From Candidatus Latescibacterota bacterium (GTDB lineage: Bacteria > Latescibacterota > UBA2968 > UBA8231): 64,000 nt of DNA. The position numbers and the translations under genes are program-made. The stretch spans positions 2,720,001-2,784,000 of the forward strand of contig OZ253462.1 of the NCBI GenBank assembly GCA_965261395.1, written 5' to 3'. Numbering within the stretch: the first letter of the stretch is position 1; each line of letters begins with the position of its first letter. The notes below the pieces were generated by a model. That model was not told where the DNA came from. It did not search any database and saw only the letters and a program-made list of their open reading frames with translations. Shown here piece by piece: positions 8,733 to 19,200 of the stretch.

Positions 8733-10033
8733 CAGACGCCGGCCTTGAGCCTTGCGAAGGAGACCTTGTCGTCGAGGAGGACCAGGGCCGCAAAGCTCTC
8801 GATATCGGTGCGCGAGGCGTCGAGCCGGGAAACGGCGTTGCGCAAGAAGTCCTGCTGCCGGTCGTTGCGCGGGCCAGCGGTCAGGAGCCGTTGGGTAAAC
8901 TCCGCCTTGTCTTCCTCGCTCTTGCCGGAGAGCCGCTCGCCCAGCCACGCCACTAGCGCCTCGTCGGTTCCGTTGGCTGCAATCGCCTCGGCGAAGGCTT
9001 CTTGGTTGATGCCGAGAAAGTCCAGCACTGCACGGTCGAAACCCGAATCTTCGCCGCACCAGTAATCGCCTAAACAATTGCAGTGCGCCGCGCGGAATTT
9101 GTCGATCATCCGCGCGAGGCAGGCGAGGCCGCCGACGCTCAGATCAAACGGGCTGCGCGGTGGGTGCCGGCGCAAGTCCGTCAGCCCAAAGCTCAACTCG
9201 TCGTCGAGGTCTTGCAGGTCGAAGAAGCTCTGGACATCCCCGCGCTCGGGCGCGACCTCGGCGCGGCGCATCTTCAGTCGCTCGTGCATCTCGCCGTAGC
9301 GGCCGACGTTGGCGCGCCAAGCGTTGAAGATGCTTTTGTCGGCGGCCGACTTCTCGCAGCGTTCGGCGACCCACTCGCTCAGCTCGTCGTCGTTGGGATT
9401 TTCGTACGCAGCTTGGCGAAAGGCATCTTCCCCAATGCCCAAGAAATCCAAAATGGCCGCGTCTTGGCTGGAATCGGCACCGAAGCGGTACTCGCCTAAC
9501 TTGCCATAGGTCACCGCCCGCGCCTTGTCGGCCATGCGCGCCGCGCCGGCCACGCCGAAGACGCTGCGGAGGTACGGGCTGCGTGGCGGCTGGGCGGTCA
9601 GGTCTAAGTCCCTGAATGCACCCCAGTCGTCCAATTCAATGGAGGCGAAGACCGTCTTGATGTCCGTGCGCTCCGGGGCGTACTTGGCGATCCGCTCGAC
9701 GAGCAGCCGCTCGTGCAGTTCGTCTTGCGGCTCGCGGGTGAGGTGTTCCTCGTTGAAGGTATCGATCTCCCCTTGACTCTTCTGGGCTCTTTCCAGCGCC
9801 AATACGCCCAGAACCTCGTCGTCCAGTTCGTCGACGGCCTCGGCGAACTCGGCGGCGTTCATATTGATAAATTCGAGCACTTCGACGTCGAGGCCGGAAT
9901 CGTCTCCGTACTTGAACTCGCCGATGGCCTCGGCGTTGTGGCCGCGCGCTTTGTCGATCATGCGCGCCAGCCCGATGATGCCGGCGACGCCGGCGTTGGA
10001 GGGTCGGCGGGGCGGTTGTCTCGTTAAATCCAT
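8732..10033 (-). CDS. Protein of three tandem DUF5069-like domains
   Basis: Three repeats of DL..PPR.P...G...LARM.DK.R...LG.Y..G.DS..D...L.F. Confidence 0.75.
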   Translation of the reverse strand: MDLTRQPPRRPSNAGVAGIIGLARMIDKARGHNAEAIGEFKYGDDSGLDVEVLEFINMNAAEFAEAVDELDDEVLGVLALERAQKSQGEIDTFNEEHLTREPQDELHERLLVERIAKYAPERTDIKTVFASIELDDWGAFRDLDLTAQPPRSPYLRSVFGVAGAARMADKARAVTYGKLGEYRFGADSSQDAAILDFLGIGEDAFRQAAYENPNDDELSEWVAERCEKSAADKSIFNAWRANVGRYGEMHERLKMRRAEVAPERGDVQSFFDLQDLDDELSFGLTDLRRHPPRSPFDLSVGGLACLARMIDKFRAAHCNCLGDYWCGEDSGFDRAVLDFLGINQEAFAEAIAANGTDEALVAWLGERLSGKSEEDKAEFTQRLLTAGPRNDRQQDFLRNAVSRLDASRTDIESFAALVLLDDKVSFARLKAGV

Positions 10034-10098
10034 GGATTAGCTCCTAGGTTTTGGGGTGAAGGTTTTCAATATACCAACCGCAGACCGGTCGGCAATGT

Positions 10099-10127
10099 TT
10101 GACGCCTCTACAGGCGGCTTCTATACT
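10099..10127 (+). promoter_or_regulatory. Sigma70 promoter of mutM (probably leaderless)
   Basis: TTGACG-17 bp-TATACT, 6 nt before ATG 10134, no SD sequence. Confidence 0.65.
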
Positions 10128-10133
10128 CTGCCC

Positions 10134-10940
10134 ATGCCCGAGTTGCCCGAGGTAGAAACCGTCCGCAGCGCGATGGAGTGCCACCTGCTAGGCCGGCCGA
10201 TCACCCGCATCCGCGTCAGTACAAAACGCCTGCGCGAGCCTTTGCCGAGGGCCGCGTTGCGCTCCTTGGTCGGGGATTGCTTTGCGGCCGCTCGCCGCCG
10301 CGCCAAGTTCCTCCTCCTCGACCTGCAATCGGGCCGAACGCTCTTGGTCCATCTCGGCATGAGCGGCAACCTACTCCTGCGGCCGTGGGGCACCAAGCAC
10401 GACCACGTGGGCTTTGAGTTTGCCGACGGGGGGGCCATGGCGTTCAACGACCCTCGGCGCTTTGGTCTGGTGCTGGTGCTCGACGAGGGCGAGGAGCACA
10501 CGTGCCGCTACTTGCAAAACCTCGGCCCCGAGCCGCTCTCCCGCGCCTTCAACGCCCGCTATCTCCAAGCCCAATGCCAGCGGCGCAAAAGCCCGATCAA
10601 GAACCTCATTATGGACAACCGCACGGTCGTTGGCGTGGGCAATATCTACGCCAGCGAGGCCCTCTTCCGGGCGCGCATTCACCCGGCGACTCCGGCCGCG
10701 GCCATTGAGCCGCTGCGCTTGGCCCTGCTCGCCAAGGAGATCAAAAAGGTGCTGCGCGTCGCCATTGATCAGGGCGGCACGACCATCAGCGACTATCGGG
10801 GATCGGGTGCGGGCGGGCGCTTTCAGCAGCGGCTCCACGTGTACGGCCGCCAAGGCGAGGACTGCCGCGTCTGCGACGCACCCATCGAAAGCCTCTACCT
10901 GGGAGGCCGCAACACCTTCTATTGCCCGAGTTGCCAATAA
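10134..10940 (+). CDS. mutM: Formamidopyrimidine-DNA glycosylase
   Basis: MPELPEVE N-terminus, HLGMSG, GVGNIYASE and C-terminal zinc finger CRVC...CPSCQ. Confidence 0.97.
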   Translation: MPELPEVETVRSAMECHLLGRPITRIRVSTKRLREPLPRAALRSLVGDCFAAARRRAKFLLLDLQSGRTLLVHLGMSGNLLLRPWGTKHDHVGFEFADGGAMAFNDPRRFGLVLVLDEGEEHTCRYLQNLGPEPLSRAFNARYLQAQCQRRKSPIKNLIMDNRTVVGVGNIYASEALFRARIHPATPAAAIEPLRLALLAKEIKKVLRVAIDQGGTTISDYRGSGAGGRFQQRLHVYGRQGEDCRVCDAPIESLYLGGRNTFYCPSCQ

Positions 10941-10994
10941 AAACGCCGGCCCCGCTTGGGACCGGCGCAATGAGCAAGAGACGAAGGGACGGCG

Positions 10995-11603
10995 CTACTT
11001 TTTGACGTACCCGTTGGGCGAGGGTGCCGTAGTGGTAATTACGTCGTCGAGCAGGCCGTATACCTTGGCTTCCTCGGCCGACATGAAGAAGTCGCGGTCC
11101 GTGTCTTTGGAGATCTTTTCGACCGCTTGGCCGGTGTGCTTGGCGTAGAGCGCGTTTAGCTCTTCGCGCAGGCGGATGGTCTCCTTGGCGCGGATGTCGA
11201 GGTCAATCGCCGTGCCGGTGATGGTGTGTAGGAGGCTCGGCTGATGGATCATAATCCGGGCGTGCGGCCAGGCGAAGCGCCGCCCCGGCTCGCCAGCGGA
11301 GAGCAGGAACGAGCCCATGCTCATCGCCATGCCCATGCACACAGTGGAAACGGGTGCCTGAATCGCCAGCATGGCGTCGTAAATGGCCATGCCGTCGTGA
11401 ACCGAGCCGCCGGGACTGTTGATGTAGAGGATGATTTCCGCGGTTGGATCGTCGGTATCCAGCGACAGCAGGCGGGTAACTACGCCCTTGGCCGACTCGT
11501 CGTTAACGTCGGACCAAAGAAATATCTTGCGCGCTTTGTACAGGCTTTGCTCTAGGTTTTTTTCCTGAAGAATTTTGAGCAGATCGTCGTCTTTTTCGGC
11601 CAT
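10995..11603 (-). CDS. clpP: ATP-dependent Clp protease proteolytic subunit
   Basis: YINSPGGSV, AMSMGSFLL (Ser), IMIHQP (His), DTDRDFFM (Asp); start MAEKDD with RBS GGAG. Confidence 0.95.
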   Translation of the reverse strand: MAEKDDDLLKILQEKNLEQSLYKARKIFLWSDVNDESAKGVVTRLLSLDTDDPTAEIILYINSPGGSVHDGMAIYDAMLAIQAPVSTVCMGMAMSMGSFLLSAGEPGRRFAWPHARIMIHQPSLLHTITGTAIDLDIRAKETIRLREELNALYAKHTGQAVEKISKDTDRDFFMSAEEAKVYGLLDDVITTTAPSPNGYVKK

Positions 11604-11618
11604 TAAAACATCTCCATA

Positions 11619-13127
11619 ATGCTGAATTGTTCTACCGTGCTTGGGTTTCACAATATACGCGGCTGCCCCAATAGCGTCAATCGGCTGTGGCCTGCCTTGC
11701 TGGGGGCCTACACCCTGCTCAAGCTCTGGCTGGTCGCCGATGTGGAGCTGGGCAAGGACGAGGCCGTGTACTGGTATTGGGGCCAGCACCTCGATGCCTT
11801 GTACGCGCTCTTGCCCTTGGCTGTCTTCAAGCTGACCCACGCGCTCTACCCGCACCAAGAGTGGTTCCTGCGGCTGCCCTCCGCTTTGTTGGGCGCGTTT
11901 TCTACCGCGCTTGTCTATCGGCTTTGCAGAATGCAGGGCCTCGCCGAACGATTGGCGCTGTGGGCTGCCGCCGCTTTTGCGTTCAGCCACTGGACTTGGC
12001 ACACCAGCTCCTACCTGCATCCCGATGGCTTCTTAGTCCCCTGTTGGCTCTTGGCCCTGTGCATGGCGCGGCAGGCCGCAGCAACCAACGCGCTGCGTCC
12101 CTATATGTACATGGGGCTAGTGGCGGGTTTGGCCGTCCTCTGCAAGTACTCGGGGGCCTTTCTCGTCGGTGGGCTTGGCCTGTGGATCGCGCTCGGCCAA
12201 CGCGATAAGAAGCGTTGGCACCTGCTCGCCGCGTTCCTGCTGCCCGCCGTCGCCGTCGCCGCACCGCTCACCTACGCCCAGTTTAGCACCAGCTTCTACC
12301 TGCCGCAGACCTTGAGCACCCTTTCGCGGATCGACGACCTCGGCCATCCCCTCGCGCGCCTGCTCTTCTTTGCGGTCAGTCCACTCTTTTTTCTATCGCC
12401 GTTTTTGCTGTTCCTGCTCTATGCCGGCTTGGTGCGGGCAGCCAAACAGCGCGACCTCCTCGCCTTGCTCCCCGCGCTGTGCACTATCGGCGCTTTTTTG
12501 TTTTTCGCGCTCGACCGCGGTCAAATCAAAGGCAACTGGCTCCTGCCGGGCTTGCTGAGCGTCTGGCCTGTGGCGTTCGCTGCACAGCCCAGACGCTGGC
12601 TGCTCGTCGCCCTCGTCGTCACCGGGCTGCTGCAAGCGCTCACCATCGGCCTAGGACTGAAATACCCCGGCCTCTACAGCGACCTCGCCGAGCGCAGTGG
12701 TTGGAACAAAAGCTATGTTGGCTTGGTGTCGCAGGAAGACCAAGGCCGCGAGCCTTCCTACTCGTGGAGCGAACGGCTCTGCGAGTACAGTGGCTGGCGT
12801 CGCTTCGCCGCCGATATGGAGGAGGTTGTTCCACCGCTGCCGCTGCTGAGCACTCAGTACAGCATACCGTTCGCGCTGGCGTATTACGGGAGGGCCGAGC
12901 GGGAGTACTACACGGTCGATGATCCGAGGTTCCGGGACCTGACGGATTTTTACGGGCAGCGCAAGGCACCCTATCCAGAAGCAGTGCTCTTCGCCGTGCG
13001 AACGGGCGGCACGATCCCCGAATCGCTGCGCGCTACGTATCCACGGCGGGAATTGATCGCGGAAATAGATCGCCGTCGTGCAGGCTGTCCCTCAGTGTCC
13101 TATCAGGTCTTCCGTCTAGGACGATGA
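11619..13127 (+). CDS. Membrane glycosyltransferase, GT39/ArnT-like
   Basis: DEAVYWYWGQHL, LRLPSAL and LCKYSG motifs; multiple TM helices. Exact start uncertain. Confidence 0.8.
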   Translation: MLNCSTVLGFHNIRGCPNSVNRLWPALLGAYTLLKLWLVADVELGKDEAVYWYWGQHLDALYALLPLAVFKLTHALYPHQEWFLRLPSALLGAFSTALVYRLCRMQGLAERLALWAAAAFAFSHWTWHTSSYLHPDGFLVPCWLLALCMARQAAATNALRPYMYMGLVAGLAVLCKYSGAFLVGGLGLWIALGQRDKKRWHLLAAFLLPAVAVAAPLTYAQFSTSFYLPQTLSTLSRIDDLGHPLARLLFFAVSPLFFLSPFLLFLLYAGLVRAAKQRDLLALLPALCTIGAFLFFALDRGQIKGNWLLPGLLSVWPVAFAAQPRRWLLVALVVTGLLQALTIGLGLKYPGLYSDLAERSGWNKSYVGLVSQEDQGREPSYSWSERLCEYSGWRRFAADMEEVVPPLPLLSTQYSIPFALAYYGRAEREYYTVDDPRFRDLTDFYGQRKAPYPEAVLFAVRTGGTIPESLRATYPRRELIAEIDRRRAGCPSVSYQVFRLGR

Positions 13128-16100
13128 TCCGCTCGCTTCTTCCTTGCGCCCAAACGCCGATGTCATAATCCGCTGCATCGCCGTGCGGAAATCATCGAAG
13201 AAAGTGTAAAACAACGGCACCAACATCAGCGTCAGCACCATGGCGGCCAGTAGGCCACCGATCATCGTCCGGCCTAGCGGCGCGTAGGCCAAACCCACCA
13301 TCTTGGAATTGCCCGCGGCCATCGGGATCAGCCCGAAGGCAGTGGTGAAGGTGGTCATCAGGATCGGCCGGAAGCGGTGTCGTCCGGCCTCCAGCAGTGC
13401 GTCGTAGCGCGACTTGCCCTCGGCCCGCAGCCGATTGGCCAAATCGATCAGCACGATGGCGTTGTTGACCACCACGCCGATCAGGATTACCGAGCCGATC
13501 ATCGACATGATCTCAAAGGGTGTGTCCGTTATATATAGAACCCAGTAAACGCCGAGAAAGGAAAATGGGATCGACACGATCACCGACAGCGGCAGCACGA
13601 ACGACTCGAAGAGTACCCCCATCAGCAAAAAGACGAAGGTCACGGACATGATAAGGGCGAATTTTTGCGACTGGTCCTGCTCCTCCAGTTCCACAAAGCG
13701 GGTGCCCTTGTCCCAACGATAGCCGCGCGGCATCTCGAACCCCTGCATCACCTGATCAACTTGGACGAAAAGTTGTTGGACCCGGTCCTTGGAGGCGCGG
13801 GCGCTGACATTGAGCATGGTCTGCCGGTTCTCGCGCCGGATATTGCCCAGCGTGCGCTCGACGTAGATGTCCGCCAGCGATTCGAGGGATACTTCGCGGT
13901 CATCAGCGGTGGGGAAGCTCTGATTGCGCAGATCGTCCAAAGTCTGGCTGTCATAGCTGGCTAGCTGCACGCGGATATTGACCTCGCGGCCGTCGTCGGT
14001 GTGGAACTTGTTGATATCCGTGCCGCGCAGTGCGTAGGCGATGCTTCCCGAAATCATCTGGGGATCTACGCCGAAACGCTGCACTTGGTCGCGGTCGAGG
14101 CGCACCTGTAGCTCGGTGCCGCCGCGGTCCATATCGGTGTTGACCGACAGCAAGCCGGGGATGCTCTCCAGCCGCCGTTCGACCTCGGCGGCCAGTCCGA
14201 CCAGCACCTTGGTGTCCTCGCCATACAGGCTAACATTGACCCGAGGATCTTGCTCGGAGTTTTCCCAGTTGACCCGCAAGTTGACGCCCGGCGGCAGGTA
14301 GAGTCGCTCGCGAAGATCCTTTTCGACCTCCTTGTAGGAGAGGTATTCCCGTTCCTTCAGGCCCAACGCGACGCTCAAATTGTCCCAGGCCACCTCATAC
14401 CACTCCACGTCCTCCTCTTCGGCGAAAAACAGCGTCACCCGGCCCCAGCCACGGCGGAAGTAGGTGCGCAGCATCTCGACGTTGTACTCCGCCTTGCGAG
14501 CCATCACCGTGTCCTCGACGGCGGTCATAAACTTCTCGGCCTGATCCAGCGGCTGGCCCGAAGGCATCTCAAAGGCCAAGTCCATCCGCACCTCGTTGCG
14601 CTCCTGATTGTCGGTGCGCTCCATGCCATCCATCGGGATCTTGATGCTGGCGAAAAGGACCAAGGCAATGACGAAGGCGTCGAGGCGGTTGTTCAGCACC
14701 CAGCCCAGCGAGCGCACGTAGTGTTTGCGGGACCAGAGGATCATCCTCGACTCGCCCCGCTCTTTTTTCGTCGAGAGCTTGAGCGCGGCGAGGGGGATAA
14801 AGATCAGGGCGATGAGCAGCGAGGCCACCAGCCCCACGATGACCGGCAGGCCGATTCTGAGCATCCAGAACGAAAACATCTGCTCGTCGCTCATCAGGAT
14901 CAGGGGCAGGAAGACTACTACCGTCGTTAGGGTCGCCATGGTCACGGCCAGCCCCACCTCGCCGGCCCCCTCAACCGAGGCCGTGCGCGGGGCGATCCCT
15001 TCCTGGCGCTTGCGGTAGATGTTTTCGACGATGACGATGGCGTTGTCAACCACCAGTCCTAGGCTCAGCATCAGACCCATCATCGTCGCCACATTCAACG
15101 ACCAGCCGATGAAGTAGAGGGCGATAATCGTCGTCAGAAGCGATAGCGGGATCGCCAAGGTGATGATCAGCGTGATGCGCACCGCACGTAAGAAGAAGAA
15201 GAGCACTATGGCCGCGAACAGCCCACCCCACAGACCGGAGTTTTTGAGATTGTCAACCGAGTTGGTCACTTGGTCGCCTTGGTTCCAGACCATCTTGAAA
15301 TCCAGCCCTTCAAGCTGGGGGTGATCCTTTAGCTTCTCCATCGCCTCCTTCACGCCGTCGGCGACCTCGACGACATTGGCACCCGATGCCTTGGTGACGC
15401 CGAAGGCCATCGCCTCCTTGCGGTCAATGCGGTTGACCCAGTCTTGCTGTGGCTGCTTGTAGGAAATCTCGGCGATGTCGTCCAATCGTAGCTGGTGCTC
15501 GGGATCGACCACGGTGTTGGCGATCTCCTCGATGTCCTCGAAGCGGCCCACCGAACGCACGTAGATCTTCTTGCCACCCTCGATCACCCAGCCCCCGGGT
15601 ACGGTGAGGTTTTGGGCGCGCAGGCTGTTGAGCGTCTCGAAAACGTTGATCCGGTGGCTGCGCACCTTGCCTTGGTCCAACTCGACGATCACCTGTTTGC
15701 TGGGCGAGCCCCAAAGCTCGATGTTGCCGACCCCATCAACGCGGCGCAACGCCGGCTCCACGTAGGTGTCGATGAGCTGGCGCGGATCGGCGTATTGGCT
15801 TCCGAAGGTGATGACTCCCTCCATGATCGGAATGTCGTTTTGGTCCCAGCGCCGGACCCACAGTTGCTCGATCTCGTCCGGCAACTCGGGCATCACTCGG
15901 TCGAGCCGGTCCTTCATCTCGGCGAAGGCCAGTTGCAGGTCGGTGCCCTTCTGGAACTCGACTTGGACATTGCCGCCGCCACTGTAGGCGTTGGAGCGAA
16001 TCCGCTTGACTTGGCTGACTTGGGCAACGGCCTCTTCGAGGTGATGCACCACCTTCTGTTCGACTTCGACCGCTCCGGCGTTGGGATAGTTGGCCCAGGC

Positions 16101-16259
16101 AAAGAGCCGGGGATAGTCGAAGCCTCCGGGGAAAAGCGTCAGCGGGATCCGCGTATAGGCGATATAGCCCACCACCAGCAGCGCGACCAGCGACATCACC
16201 ACGGTCACCGGCCGGTTGACCGAAAAGCGCGGCAGGGGGTACTGGTTTGGCTTTTCCAT
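13116..16259 (-). CDS. RND efflux permease (AcrB/MdtC-like)
   Basis: RPVTV, GLVVDNAIVIVENI, GVVVNNAIVLID and RFRPILMTT motifs. Confidence 0.95.
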   Translation of the reverse strand: MEKPNQYPLPRFSVNRPVTVVMSLVALLVVGYIAYTRIPLTLFPGGFDYPRLFAWANYPNAGAVEVEQKVVHHLEEAVAQVSQVKRIRSNAYSGGGNVQVEFQKGTDLQLAFAEMKDRLDRVMPELPDEIEQLWVRRWDQNDIPIMEGVITFGSQYADPRQLIDTYVEPALRRVDGVGNIELWGSPSKQVIVELDQGKVRSHRINVFETLNSLRAQNLTVPGGWVIEGGKKIYVRSVGRFEDIEEIANTVVDPEHQLRLDDIAEISYKQPQQDWVNRIDRKEAMAFGVTKASGANVVEVADGVKEAMEKLKDHPQLEGLDFKMVWNQGDQVTNSVDNLKNSGLWGGLFAAIVLFFFLRAVRITLIITLAIPLSLLTTIIALYFIGWSLNVATMMGLMLSLGLVVDNAIVIVENIYRKRQEGIAPRTASVEGAGEVGLAVTMATLTTVVVFLPLILMSDEQMFSFWMLRIGLPVIVGLVASLLIALIFIPLAALKLSTKKERGESRMILWSRKHYVRSLGWVLNNRLDAFVIALVLFASIKIPMDGMERTDNQERNEVRMDLAFEMPSGQPLDQAEKFMTAVEDTVMARKAEYNVEMLRTYFRRGWGRVTLFFAEEEDVEWYEVAWDNLSVALGLKEREYLSYKEVEKDLRERLYLPPGVNLRVNWENSEQDPRVNVSLYGEDTKVLVGLAAEVERRLESIPGLLSVNTDMDRGGTELQVRLDRDQVQRFGVDPQMISGSIAYALRGTDINKFHTDDGREVNIRVQLASYDSQTLDDLRNQSFPTADDREVSLESLADIYVERTLGNIRRENRQTMLNVSARASKDRVQQLFVQVDQVMQGFEMPRGYRWDKGTRFVELEEQDQSQKFALIMSVTFVFLLMGVLFESFVLPLSVIVSIPFSFLGVYWVLYITDTPFEIMSMIGSVILIGVVVNNAIVLIDLANRLRAEGKSRYDALLEAGRHRFRPILMTTFTTAFGLIPMAAGNSKMVGLAYAPLGRTMIGGLLAAMVLTLMLVPLFYTFFDDFRTAMQRIMTSAFGRKEEASGSSS

Positions 16260-16268
16260 CGGTTCCTC

Positions 16269-19200
16269 CTAGGCCCGGCGATCGACCAGCGAATACACTG
16301 TCGGGATCACCACGAGGGTGAGGAAGGTGGAAGACACGAGGCCGGCGATCACGGTCAGGGCCATCGGCGTGCGGATCTCGGCTCCCTCGCCCAGCCCCAA
16401 GGCCATTGGCAACAGCCCCAAGACCGTCGTTGCAGTGGTCATGGCGATCGGGCGCAGCCGCACGGCACCAGCCTGGATGATGGCCTCGGTCTTCTCCATA
16501 CCGGCGCGGCGCAAGGTGTTGATATAGTCGACGAGCACGATGGCGTTGTTGACGACGATGCCGGCCAGCATGATCAGGCCGATAAAGACCACTACGCTCA
16601 GAGATACCTGCGCCAGATAGAGCGCTACTACCACGCCGATCAGTGCCAAGGGCACCGTGAACATGATGATGAAAGGATGCACCAGCGACTCGAATTGGCT
16701 GGCCATCACTACATAGACGAGGAAGATCGCCAGCACCAAGGCGAAGTAGAGGCTCTGCAACGAGGTCTCCATCTCCTCGTTTTGGCCGCTGATCATAAAG
16801 TCGAAACCTAACGGAAAGTCCATCTTCCCTAGTTCGTCGTGGATCAGGCCCGAGGCCGTGCCCAGATCGACGCCTTGGATGTTGGCCGTGACCACCGCGG
16901 CGCGCTGCTGGTCAATGCGGCGGATCTCGCTCGGCCCCTCGTTGACCCGGATATCGGCCACCGCGGAAAGCGGAATCGGAATAGGCGCGTTGGGATTGAT
17001 CACCAGTCGCCGCAGCTCGTCGAGCCCTAGGCGATCCTTCTCGCGTAGCCGCACCAACACGTCGATCTGGCGCTCGTCTTGGCGGAAGTCAGTGGCGACC
17101 TTGCCCTGCACCTTGTGGCGCACCAGCTCGGCGACATTGCGCAGCGACAGGCCGTAGGCCGCGAGCCGGTCGCGCTTGTAGCTGATCTGTAGCTCGGGAT
17201 TGCCCGCCTGCAGCGACGATTTGACGTCGACCAGCCCGGGCAAGCCCGCTAGCCGCGACTCGGCTTCCAAGCTCAACTGGCGCAACTGGCGCAGATTGTA
17301 GCCTCGGACCTCTACTTCGACGGGCGTCTTGAAGCTGAACAGCGCCGGGTGCGAGACTTCGACCTCAATTTCGGGGATCTCGTCAACCGCGTCCCGCAGA
17401 CGCCGGATCAACGCGGTCTCTTGCGCAGCGCTGGACCCTTCCTGCATGCGGACCGTCACTTGGGCGGTGTGCTCTCCCTCTTCAGCCGAAGAACTCGCCG
17501 ACCGGTCGGTGCCTACCGTCGTCGCCACTCGCTCGACTTGGGGCTGTTTGGCGGTGATCTCTTCGATCTGGCGCACGATCTCGGCGGTCCCTTCCAGCGG
17601 CGTACCCACCGGCAGTCTGAGGTCGAGGTTGAATTCAGCTTGATGGACCTGGGGAATCAGCTCGGTGCCCAGCTCGGGCAGGAGCTTGTACCAGCAGACC
17701 AACAGGGCGGCTAGGGCACCGCCGATAATCAGCAAGCGCCGCCTGAGCGCCCAGCCCAACAGGGCAGGATAGGTCTGCTGCACCAGCCCGAAGCCGCGTT
17801 CAAACACAAAGAGCAGCGGCAAAAAGACCGGCATTAGCAGGATGCCTAGCAGCACCAGCACCAGCACCAGCACTAGCCCGATGAGCATCAGCGCCACGTG
17901 CAGGACGATGCCCACTAGCCTGAGTACCGTGCCAAAGACGAAGCGCACGGCCACCAGATAGACCATCGCCAGCGGTAGCGACAATAATTTGAGTGTCTTC
18001 CACACGGGGTATTCGGGCCTGTTCACCCAGTGCCAGTAGCGCTGCACGATCTCGCCGAGGCTGCGCGGCGACTCAAAGCCCAAGATCCCCGGCCAGACGC
18101 GCTCAAAGAAGGTCCACTCGCCGATGCGACTTTCCGCGGCCCAAGCGCTGACCCAGCTCTGAAAGGTCCGCTCGCGCTTGAGCCAGAAGTACTCGACGGG
18201 TTTGATCAGCCACCACGACAGCTCGGAGACGAGGAGGAAGATGCCTTTGAGCACTGCCGCCACGAGGGTCGCCGCGGCCAGCCCGATCCGCAACAGGGCC
18301 TCGCCGATTAAGTAGGGCAGCGAAAGGGCCACCTGCGACGCCTTGCGCCACCGGCTCCCCGGCTCGCTGAGGATCGCGCGGGTCCGGCTCAGGGCCTGTA
18401 AGCGCAGAAAGTCGCTGCGACCGATTTGCTCGGCTAGCCCACCTTGGCGGTCAATTTGGCGCGAGGCCAGCATGGGGATGAAGTACAGCGCCACCCCCAA
18501 CGAGGCCAGCAGCGAGAACACGACCGTCAGCGCCATATCGCCGAAGATCTGCCCGGCCACGCCCTCGACGAAGACGATGGGAAAAAACACAGTGATCGTC
18601 GTCAGCGTCGAGGCGGACACCGCAGTACCGACCTCACGGGTGCCGCGGATGGTGGCCTGGATCAGATCGTCCCCTTCCTCTCGACAGCGGAAGATGCTCT
18701 CCAGCACCACGATTGAGTTATCGACCAGCATCCCGATCCCGAGGGCCAGTCCGCCGAGCGACATGATATTGAGCGACACGTCGAACATGTACATCGGCGC
18801 GAAGGTCGCCATGATCGACACCGGAATCGTCAGGCCGACGATTAGCGTGTGGACCACGTTGCGCAAGAACACAAAGAGTACTAGCACCGCCATCGTCCCG
18901 CCGATGATCGCGTTGATTTGGACCTCGGTGATCGAATTTTTGATAAAACCCGATTGGTCGGACAACAGCTCTAACTTGGCTCCCGGGGGCAGGCGGTGGC
19001 CGATGAAGTCGGTCATCCGCAAATGCTCCATCGCCTTGCGGGCCGCCTCCTGCTTTTTCGCCTGTAGTTCTTCCTTTTGTTGCTCCTCCTTGTTCTTTTT
19101 TGAATCAGCTTTTTCTGCCTCTTGTTTTTTTTCTGCCTCGTCTCTCTCTTGCTTTTTTTGCTCCTCGCTGCGCTGCGCCATCTCTTGGGCTTCTCGGGCC

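Noticed and set aside
4876-12020. Long N-terminal extensions in the ORF track (5559, 9077, 10056, 12020)
   Set aside because: Better starts with RBS or family N-termini lie at 5346, 8732, 10134 and 11603; the extensions overlap promoters or neighbouring genes.
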